This document shows positions 6,967 through 13,301 of a stretch of DNA of 13,301 nucleotides, piece by piece. Positions within the stretch are counted from its first letter, which is position 1. Each line of letters starts with the position of its first letter. Below the pieces are notes generated by a model. That model searched no databases, was not told the DNA's origin, and saw only the letters and a program-made list of their open reading frames with translations. The DNA lies in assembly GCA_038208905.1 (NCBI GenBank), contig JBBQYG010000112.1, forward strand, positions 1 through 13,301, read 5' to 3'. Source of the DNA: Candidatus Sumerlaeia bacterium (GTDB lineage Bacteria > Sumerlaeota > Sumerlaeia > SLMS01). A program made the translations under genes and the position numbers.

Positions 6967-8355
6967 TCAGGCGCCCTGCAAGTTGAACTTCTTCATCTGG
7001 CGATAGAGAGTCGCCCGATCGATACCCAGCAACTCCGCCGCCTCCTGTTTCCGCCAGCCCGTATCGTCCAGCGCCCTCAGCACGCGGAGCTTCGCCATCT
7101 CGTCCAGAAACTCCCCCAGCGGACGACGCAGCGTATCGCCGTCGATCTGGAGTTTCTCCTCCGTCCCCGGCAGCTCGCCCTTGCGTTCGCTGGGAAGCCA
7201 CAGGTCCTCGGCCTCGATGATCGCGCCGCGGGAAAGGATCACGGCGCGCTCGATGGTGTTCTCCAACTCGCGGACGTTCCCCGGCCACTCGCATCGCATC
7301 AACGCCTCCACCGCATCCTGACTCAGCTCCTTCGGCGGGAGATTGTTGTCGTCGGCGGCTATCTTGACGAAATGCCGAGCAAGCTGGGCCACGTCGGCGG
7401 GACGCTCGCGGAGGGGAGGCAGATGCACCGGCACCACGTTGAGCCGGAAGTACAGATCCTCGCGGAACTGCCCCTCCTTCACGCGCTGCTGCAAGTTGCG
7501 GTTCGTCGCCGTTACCACGCGCACGTCCACATTGATCGACGCGTTGCCACCCACGCGGGAGAGCGTCCCCTCCTGCAGGACGCGCAGCAGCTTGGTCTGG
7601 AAGTTGTTCGATGTCTCGCCGATCTCGTCCAGGAAGATCGTCCCCCCGTCGGCCTCCTCGAACTTGCCGCGGTGCGTGCGGACGGCGCCGGTGAACGAGC
7701 CCTTCTCGTGGCCAAAGAGCTCGGACTCCAGCAGGCTTTCCGCCAGCGCCGCGCAGTTCACGCGGACGAATGGGCCCGTGGCCCGGGTGCTGCGGAAGTG
7801 GATCGCCTTGGCGACGAGTTCCTTGCCGGTGCCGCTCTCTCCCGTTATCAGAACCGTGGCGCGCGTGGGGGCGACCTTCTCGATCATCTTGAGCACGGCG
7901 TTGATCGCCGGCGAATCGCCGATGATGTTGTCCACGCGATACCGCAGCCCCAGCTCCCGGCGCATATACGCGTTGTCCTGCTTCAGGCGGGAGTACTCCG
8001 CCGCGCGCTCGATCGTCAGGCGCAGCTCGTCGTTCTCGAAGGGCTTCATGATATAGTCGAAGGCCCCGTTGCGCATCGCCTCCACCGCGCTCTTCACCGT
8101 GGCGTGGGCCGTCATCATGATCACGGCGGTTTCCGGGTGGCGCGCCCGGATGTTGTTGAGCAGCGCCTCTCCGTTCATGCCCGGCATCTTGAGATCCGTC
8201 ACCACGATCTCCGCCGCGAAGTCGTTGAGGATCGAGAGCGCCTCCTGTCCATCCGCGGCGGTGCGCGTCTCGTGGCCCCATCGCTCCGCCAGCATACCCA
8301 GAATTTGGGTCATCCGGGGTTCGTCATCGACGATCAGCAATCTGTGGCGCGGCAT
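6967..8355 (-). CDS. Sigma54-dependent two-component response regulator (NtrC/AtoC/ZraR family: REC-AAA+-Fis HTH)
   Basis: REC motifs LIVDDE and VTDLKMPGMNG. Walker A GESGTGKE. ESELFGHEKGSFTGA (GAFTGA loop). Walker B FLDEIGE. Also FREDLYFRLNV, WPGNVRELEN and the C-terminal HTH AAELLGIDRATLYRQMKK. Confidence 0.96.
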   Translation of the reverse strand: MPRHRLLIVDDEPRMTQILGMLAERWGHETRTAADGQEALSILNDFAAEIVVTDLKMPGMNGEALLNNIRARHPETAVIMMTAHATVKSAVEAMRNGAFDYIMKPFENDELRLTIERAAEYSRLKQDNAYMRRELGLRYRVDNIIGDSPAINAVLKMIEKVAPTRATVLITGESGTGKELVAKAIHFRSTRATGPFVRVNCAALAESLLESELFGHEKGSFTGAVRTHRGKFEEADGGTIFLDEIGETSNNFQTKLLRVLQEGTLSRVGGNASINVDVRVVTATNRNLQQRVKEGQFREDLYFRLNVVPVHLPPLRERPADVAQLARHFVKIAADDNNLPPKELSQDAVEALMRCEWPGNVRELENTIERAVILSRGAIIEAEDLWLPSERKGELPGTEEKLQIDGDTLRRPLGEFLDEMAKLRVLRALDDTGWRKQEAAELLGIDRATLYRQMKKFNLQGA

Positions 8356-8407
8356 TTGGGTGTTCCTTGAGTGGGTGTTTCACCGGGACTGATAGGTCTG
8401 ACGCGAC

Positions 8408-8424
8408 CGCTGAAAAAATGCCAG
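8408..8424 (-). promoter_or_regulatory. Putative sigma54 (-24/-12) promoter upstream of the response regulator
   Basis: Minus strand reads CTGGCATTTTTTCAGCG: TGGCA, with GG-N10-GC spacing, ~53 nt upstream of the ATG. The -12 element is CAGC rather than TTGC. Confidence 0.45.
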
Positions 8425-8451
8425 TGTCGCATCAATCCGGATTCCAGCGAT

Positions 8452-8491
8452 GCAGACCGAATGCAAAGTCGATTAGGTCCATCGTGTCCAT
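8452..8491. repeat. Degenerate second copy of the 9-bp-period GTCCAT repeat element
   Basis: GCAGAC-cga-ATGCAA-a-GTCGAT-tag-GTCCAT-cgt-GTCCAT. It shares GACCGAATG (8455-8463) with the copy at 1048-1056. Confidence 0.55.
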
Positions 8492-8526
8492 AAGGTAAAA
8501 GCTCTCGTTCCTGGATTGTGGGCACA

Positions 8527-9930
8527 CTAATACCCCGGATCAATCTCCGGCGCCTTGCCTGGGTTTCCCTGCCTTTCCCTGCTTTTCCCTGCCTTTTCCA
8601 ACTCGAGCGCCCGCTCCGTCTCCAAGTCTTCGTATCGCACCACCACCGCCGAGGAACCCCGCGGGCGCGCGCTGGAGTCGGCGCGCGGCAGAAAAAGCGC
8701 CACCGTCGTCCCCACCTCCAGCTCGCTGTCGATGGTCAGGCGACCGCCCATCCCCTCGATCAACTGAACCGAGATGGAAAGACCGATGCCGGTTCCCTTC
8801 GTCTTGGTCGTGAAGAACGGCTCGCGCACCTGCTGCAGCATCTCCGGGATCATTCCCGCGCCGGTGTCCTGGATCGTCAGTCGGCAGAAATTTGGCCCCG
8901 CCTCCTCCGTCCTCACAAAGATATGTGGCCGCGGAACCCCCGCCAGCGCATCGCGCGCGTTCCACACGATGTTGAGAAACACCTGGTACAACTGGTCGGC
9001 GTCCACCACCACGTCGCCGGCGAAGTTCTCGAACTGCGGCACAAGCTGCACGTGGTCCTTCTCCAACTCCTCCACCACCGGCGGCAGCCAGTGGCGAATC
9101 AGCGACTTGACGTTGTGCACCATCACATCGGGCGGCTTGGGCCGGGCAAAGTTCAACAGGTCGGAGATGATGCGGTCCATGCGCGCCACCTCCTCCTGGA
9201 TCACCGCCAGCGCCGCGCCCGCGCCGCTCCCCTCCGGCGCGCCGTCGGCCACGATCTCCGTGGAGGACTTGATGATCGTCAGCGGGTTTCGGATCTCGTG
9301 GGCCAGCGTCGCCGCCAGGCGCCCGATCGACGCCAGCTTCTCCGCCTCCACCAGCTTGTCCTGCAGCGTGTTCAGCTTGTCGATCACGCGGCGGCTCTCC
9401 GCCACCTTGGCCTCCAACTCCTCGTTCAGCTTCCCCTGCTTGCTGCGCTGGGTGTCCAACTGATTCAGCGAATTGCGCAGGCGCGCCCTCACCGCGAAGA
9501 GCCATCCCACCAGCCCCGCGAAGGCAAGGTTCAGGATCACCTCCTGGCCGAGGAACAGTTCCATGTCGCCGACTTGCAGCGAAACCAGATGCACCATCGG
9601 GCGGCTGCTCTGGCGGTCGAGCTTGTCCAGAAACCCATCCACCACATGCTCGGCCTGATTGACGTCGCGCGGCTCCACGTTCAGCTCCGCGGCCAGATGC
9701 GCGTCGTCGAATCCCTGCTCCACCTTGGACGTCAGGATCCCCTGTCCGCGCCAGATGCGCTCCACCCGCGCCAGCCCGAAGTCCGTCTTGAACTGCATTC
9801 GCAGCCCCATCACCGTGAGCAGGACAAACGCCGCCAACGCATAGGGGACATAGGCCACCCACGACACCGGCGGCGGAGCGCCACCCCGCCCACCCGCCCC
9901 GGACTCCGCTGGTTTCACGCCCTGCTTCAT
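8527..9930 (-). CDS. Membrane-bound sensor histidine kinase (HisKA + HATPase_c, NtrB-like)
   Basis: Two hydrophobic segments are followed by a coiled coil. H-box EKLASIGRLAATLAHEIRNPL, N-box QVFLNIVWNARDA, G1 IQDTGAGM, F/G2 PFFTTKTKGTGIGL. GGGGAG RBS. The gene lies directly upstream of the regulator. Confidence 0.95.
   Translation of the reverse strand: MKQGVKPAESGAGGRGGAPPPVSWVAYVPYALAAFVLLTVMGLRMQFKTDFGLARVERIWRGQGILTSKVEQGFDDAHLAAELNVEPRDVNQAEHVVDGFLDKLDRQSSRPMVHLVSLQVGDMELFLGQEVILNLAFAGLVGWLFAVRARLRNSLNQLDTQRSKQGKLNEELEAKVAESRRVIDKLNTLQDKLVEAEKLASIGRLAATLAHEIRNPLTIIKSSTEIVADGAPEGSGAGAALAVIQEEVARMDRIISDLLNFARPKPPDVMVHNVKSLIRHWLPPVVEELEKDHVQLVPQFENFAGDVVVDADQLYQVFLNIVWNARDALAGVPRPHIFVRTEEAGPNFCRLTIQDTGAGMIPEMLQQVREPFFTTKTKGTGIGLSISVQLIEGMGGRLTIDSELEVGTTVALFLPRADSSARPRGSSAVVVRYEDLETERALELEKAGKSRERQGNPGKAPEIDPGY
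8561..8600 (-). repeat. 10-bp tandem repeat (4 units) inside the kinase C-terminal tail
   Basis: + strand reads GGGTTTCCCT GCCTTTCCCT GCTTTTCCCT GCCTTTTCCA (minus-strand unit GCAGGGAAAN). Confidence 0.7.
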
Positions 9931-10004
9931 CGACTCACTCCCCCGCGCCGCGCGCCAACCCCATCAGGGTGGTACGCCCCCCGCCGGGCTGGCAACCCCG
10001 ACAA

Positions 10005-10021
10005 TGCGAACAACGCGCCAC
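10005..10021 (-). promoter_or_regulatory. Putative sigma54 (-24/-12) promoter upstream of the histidine kinase
   Basis: Minus strand reads GTGGCGCGTTGTTCGCA (TGGC, GG-N10-GC, then A), ~75 nt upstream of the ATG at 9930. Confidence 0.45.
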
Positions 10022-10087
10022 AAACGCATTGACCGGAGAGGCGGCGGATAGACAGACCTTCGGCATCTCGCGCCGCCCACCGACAAA

Positions 10088-10972
10088 ATGCCCTCCACAA
10101 TGCCCCTCGCCACCCGGATGCTCCCCCTCCTTGTGGCCCTTGCCGCCGCCTGTGGGGGTCACGCGCCAAACGCCATACCCGGCCAGCCGCCACACGTCGC
10201 CACCGCCCCCCCCGGCGAGCACCCCGCCTTCTGCCTCGACCTCGTCCACCCCGCCACCTCCGCCGACGAGGGCCCCATCGCCTTCTCCCGCTGGGGACGC
10301 GACCTGTCCAGGCTCGACTATGACCGCGCCTATGCCGCCTTCCTCGGCCCCAAGGCCCCCGCGCCAGAGCTGGAGGCCCTCTTTCAGGAGGAGCTTGCCC
10401 GCGAACTCCTCCTCCTCCGCTGGCTCGAGGACACCCAAGCCACCGCCGACGAGAACTTCCGCGTCGACGCCCGCAGCGCCCTCCGCAAGGCCGCCGCCGA
10501 CCTCGCCCTAACCCGCCTCACCGACGGCATCGCCATCGCCGAAGCCGACATCCGCGCCCGCTACGACGCCCGCGCCGCCACCTACCAGACCCCCGAACAG
10601 GTTCAGGTCCGCGTCATCCTCGTCCCCACCCAGGCCGAAGCCCGCGGCCTCCTCCAGCGCATCGAATCCGGCGAGAGCTTCCGCACCCTCGCCACCGAAC
10701 TCAGCAAACACGAAAGCCGAGAACGCGGCGGCGACATCCCCCCCTTCGCCCGCGGCGCCTTCATCCGCGAATTCGAAGACCTCGCCTTCACCCTACCCCC
10801 CGGATCCCTCGGCACCGTCTCCACCTCCGCCGGCACCTTCCTCCTCCAGAAAGCCGCCAACATCGCCGCCAGCGCCACCCCCTACGACGACGTCCGCGCC
10901 AAACTGCGCGAGGAACTCCTGGAGGAAAAGCGCGCGGAAATGCTGAAGGAGATCGAGGCGGGGATGCGGTGA
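10088..10972 (+). CDS. PpiC/parvulin-type foldase (PrsA/SurA-like), probable lipoprotein
   Basis: N-terminus MLPLLVALAAA-C. Rotamase domain PEQVQVRVILVPTQAEA...GESFRTLATELS...RGGDIPPF...EFEDLAFTL, followed by a PYDDVRAKLREELL C-terminal helix. The start could be 10088, 10100 or 10118. Confidence 0.88.
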   Translation: MPSTMPLATRMLPLLVALAAACGGHAPNAIPGQPPHVATAPPGEHPAFCLDLVHPATSADEGPIAFSRWGRDLSRLDYDRAYAAFLGPKAPAPELEALFQEELARELLLLRWLEDTQATADENFRVDARSALRKAAADLALTRLTDGIAIAEADIRARYDARAATYQTPEQVQVRVILVPTQAEARGLLQRIESGESFRTLATELSKHESRERGGDIPPFARGAFIREFEDLAFTLPPGSLGTVSTSAGTFLLQKAANIAASATPYDDVRAKLREELLEEKRAEMLKEIEAGMR

Positions 10973-11051
10973 CGTCCTACACGAAATAATCCGGCAGAGC
11001 AGCCACGCAGAGCCGCCCCGCCGGAGGATTTTGCCGCCAGTTGCCCGATGC

Positions 11052-12893
11052 CTAGCGTTTGCCCGGCTTGGTCGCGCGCTTCTTCACTGCGGCACGCGGC
11101 TTCGGCTTGGGCGCGGGTCGGGCGCCCGCCCAGGGGACGCCCGCGTTCTTCACGATGGTGGGCCCGACGATTTGTGGAACCTGTTCGTATCCCTGCTTTC
11201 GGAGACGCGCGCGGACATCTTCGAGAAGACTCTTGAATGTCGGCTTCGTGGATTGCCGAAGCGCGGCGCATAAAGACCAAGTGAACGCGCCATAGCTGAC
11301 AGCGCCGTGGCGGTATTCGGAGGCGGTTTGGTGCTCGTCGCAGGCTTCGAGGATGAGCGGGAGGTATGGACCCACGATCTTGCTCTTCTTCCTCTCGCCT
11401 TTGTACTCTTCCTCCGTCAAGTGACGTACGGAGGATCCGCGGCCGAGTCGATTGACCGTCCGTGAAGCTCCGGCGAAGCCCTTCATGATATCCGGCTTGG
11501 AGGAGAAACTGGGAAGCACGGGGTCGAGTTCGCGCTGAACCCATGTTTGCGTAGGGGTATCCCATCTAAGTTCGCGATGTCGGATGTCGTCGGGCGGGGT
11601 CAGGCCGCGCACGCGCCCGGCGCCTTCCCGGTGGATACCGCCGGAATGGCAGCAGTCGAACACCATGACGAAGCGCGTATCATACGGGAGCTGGCCGTAG
11701 TACTGGAAGATTTCATCATCGGTGATGCAGGTCTCCGGGGTCCAGGCAAAGTCCCACGGGCAGAGTGTCTCGTCCTTGTGATCGACAACTTCCTCCGGGC
11801 CGTACGCGGCGAGCTGGGTTCCATGCCCACTGTAGGCGAAGAACAATTCGTCGCCGGGGCGCGCATCCTCGATCAGCCACTCCATGCGTTCGAGGATCCC
11901 CTTGCGCGTTGCGCGCTTGTCGAGACACAGGCGAATGTCCTCGGACTTGAATGAGCATTCCTGGAGGGCCGCGCTGAGGAGGTAGGTGTCGTTGACGCAA
12001 CCCTCCAGGCGGTCCTTTGGATCGGGGTAGTCGTTGATGCCGATTAGGAGCGCGCGACGGCGCGGCGGGCGACTTGAGAGCTTTGCGGACTTCGCCTCCA
12101 GCTTGCGCAGCGCGGGAGCGACCGCCCTGGAAAGCCTGGCGGTGGAGGCTTCCCGCGCGAGCCGATTGTAGAGGCCGCCGATCGTGGCAGGATGCTTCAA
12201 GTAGTACGTCGCATCGTGGTCCGCAAAACCGTCAATGTCGAAGAAGGTGTCGATCACCTCAAAGTTCTGCGCCACGAGGCGAATGCGCGCGGTGAAGACA
12301 TCGTCCTCCTCATTGTAGAGCTGCGTCCACTGCTTCACGGGAAGCGGTTCGATGCGGCCCTTGGTGAGGCATCCGACAACGAAGCGATTGGCGATCTGCG
12401 AGCCCATCGTCACATAGGTGATGTTCTTGAGCAGCCGGGCGAGCGCGGGTTCCGGCGACTTGGCGGAGGCCAGGACGTTGTAGGTGATCAGCGTGCCTAG
12501 GCTGTGTGCGATGATGACATCCGGTTTGTGCTTTTCGATGGCCTCGATGACCAGGGCATCGGTGAGCTCGCGAAACTCATCGCTTTCGACCCAGGCAACG
12601 ACGTAGCCCGCCGTCCAGCGGAGTTTATCGCGTACATCGCCGATCCCGCGTTCGCGTGCCCCGCGAATGCCGATGCTGCTACCGATCAGCTTGCCGAGCG
12701 CCTTCGCGGAATCGAGGAGAGAGATTTCGATATCCTCGAATATGTCGTCGTAGGTTAGGAACTCGAATTGCAACTGTACTTCATCCTGCCGCGGAAATGC
12801 CGCCAGAATGGTGGCTTTCCAGTTATCCATCCATGGGGATGTGCGATGGTCACCCAAGCCATGCACGCACAGGACCTTGATCGTATTCATCAT
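11052..12893 (-). CDS. Alpha/beta-hydrolase - metacaspase (peptidase C14) fusion protein (613 aa)
   Basis: N-terminal domain: VHGLG, IIAHSLG (nucleophile elbow), YVTMGS, YNEEDDV, DHDATYYL. C-terminal domain: RRALLIGINDY, LEGCVND, YSGHG (His), DETLCPWD, ITDDEI, FDCCHSG (Cys), and p10-like ACDEHQTASE, GAFTWSL, QVPQ. Confidence 0.92.
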   Translation of the reverse strand: MMNTIKVLCVHGLGDHRTSPWMDNWKATILAAFPRQDEVQLQFEFLTYDDIFEDIEISLLDSAKALGKLIGSSIGIRGARERGIGDVRDKLRWTAGYVVAWVESDEFRELTDALVIEAIEKHKPDVIIAHSLGTLITYNVLASAKSPEPALARLLKNITYVTMGSQIANRFVVGCLTKGRIEPLPVKQWTQLYNEEDDVFTARIRLVAQNFEVIDTFFDIDGFADHDATYYLKHPATIGGLYNRLAREASTARLSRAVAPALRKLEAKSAKLSSRPPRRRALLIGINDYPDPKDRLEGCVNDTYLLSAALQECSFKSEDIRLCLDKRATRKGILERMEWLIEDARPGDELFFAYSGHGTQLAAYGPEEVVDHKDETLCPWDFAWTPETCITDDEIFQYYGQLPYDTRFVMVFDCCHSGGIHREGAGRVRGLTPPDDIRHRELRWDTPTQTWVQRELDPVLPSFSSKPDIMKGFAGASRTVNRLGRGSSVRHLTEEEYKGERKKSKIVGPYLPLILEACDEHQTASEYRHGAVSYGAFTWSLCAALRQSTKPTFKSLLEDVRARLRKQGYEQVPQIVGPTIVKNAGVPWAGARPAPKPKPRAAVKKRATKPGKR

Positions 12894-12915
12894 ATTCGTT
12901 CCATTTCATTTGGAT

Positions 12916-12945
12916 AATGTAGCGGACCTTCGAAGCGGGGAACAA
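12916..12945 (-). promoter_or_regulatory. Possible sigma70-type promoter for the hydrolase-caspase gene
   Basis: Minus strand reads TTGTTC-N18-TACATT, ending ~22 nt upstream of the ATG. The inverted repeat AGCGGG/CCCGCT (12934-12952) brackets the -35 element. Confidence 0.3.
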
Positions 12946-13039
12946 TCCCGCTAGGCCGCGCGCCCAGAGATGCGACCGGGGGCCGAAGTCGCCGAGGGCG
13001 GAGACCGGGCAAGCGCATTGCGATTCATGAATGGAATAC

Positions 13040-13168
13040 CGCCAGCACCGGCATCTGCGTGTTACCCGGACATCAAGGGATCATTGGAACACACGCCAGC
13101 ACTGTTCTTGCTTCGGCGCAAGGGATTCTTCGGGAAAATAATTGAGTCGCCAGTCTGATCGCCAGCAC
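13040..13168. repeat. Three direct copies of CGCCAGCAC in a non-coding, lower-GC region
   Basis: Copies are at 13040-13048, 13094-13102 and 13160-13168, plus a partial TCGCCAG at 13147. The first two are preceded by TGGAATAC / TGGAACACA. Confidence 0.6.
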
Positions 13169-13301
13169 CAAGTTGCCCACCTAGCTATCCAATCACCGTT
13201 CGGCTCACACTTGGCCTTGGGAGAACTCCTCGAAACTTACTGAAAGGCCCAATTTCTTGGTTGTTCACTTCCCCGCCCCCCCAACCCCCTTCGCTTTCCC
13301 C

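Noticed and set aside
7680..7712. GSFTGA instead of GAFTGA as a sign of a sigma54-independent activator
   Set aside because: GSFTGA is a common functional variant, and the critical F and T residues are retained.
6787..10032. Long ORFs 6787..8370 (+), 8518..10032 (+), 6869..8281 (-), 8540..9862 (-)
   Set aside because: Antisense or alternative-frame shadows of the clearly identified regulator and kinase.
10984..11031. Imperfect inverted repeat between the convergent foldase and caspase genes as a terminator
   Set aside because: Only a 6-bp core stem (TCCGGC/GCCGGA) with a 24-nt loop, too weak to call.
12970..13158. 62-aa plus-strand ORF as a partner of the caspase
   Set aside because: No clear RBS, no recognisable motif and atypical codon usage. 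It cannot be supported without homology evidence.
13040..13168. CGCCAGCAC repeats as a CRISPR array or Chi sites
   Set aside because: The repeat core is only 9 nt with unequal spacing and no cas genes. The reverse complement GTGCTGGCG is not the E. coli Chi sequence GCTGGTGG.

Overview
GC-rich bacterial DNA with nine supportable CDSs. From the left: the 3' end of a secreted protein with a very long Thr/Pro linker and a single dockerin-like EF-hand. Next is a co-directional minus-strand cluster in transcription order: sensor histidine kinase, sigma54-dependent NtrC-family regulator, aromatic/Gly-rich tandem-repeat lipoprotein, ~1150-aa multidomain glycoside-hydrolase-like protein, BsuPI-domain lipoprotein and pduL. 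The PduL carries an encapsulation-peptide-like N-terminus, but no BMC shell genes are present in the window. A divergent parvulin/PpiC-type protein lacks the conserved His residues. The right end holds a lower-GC gene fusing an intact alpha/beta-hydrolase to a metacaspase, the most likely candidate for an undescribed conflict or cell-death system. Intergenic regions carry a strong hairpin, a dispersed 9-bp-period ATGGAC/GTCCAT repeat, a 10-bp-period GCAGGGAANG repeat, two sigma54-like promoters and a triple CGCCAGCAC motif. No rRNA, tRNA, CRISPR array or transposase was recognised. The protein styles suggest a Sumerlaeota (BRC1)-like organism, but this is inference only.
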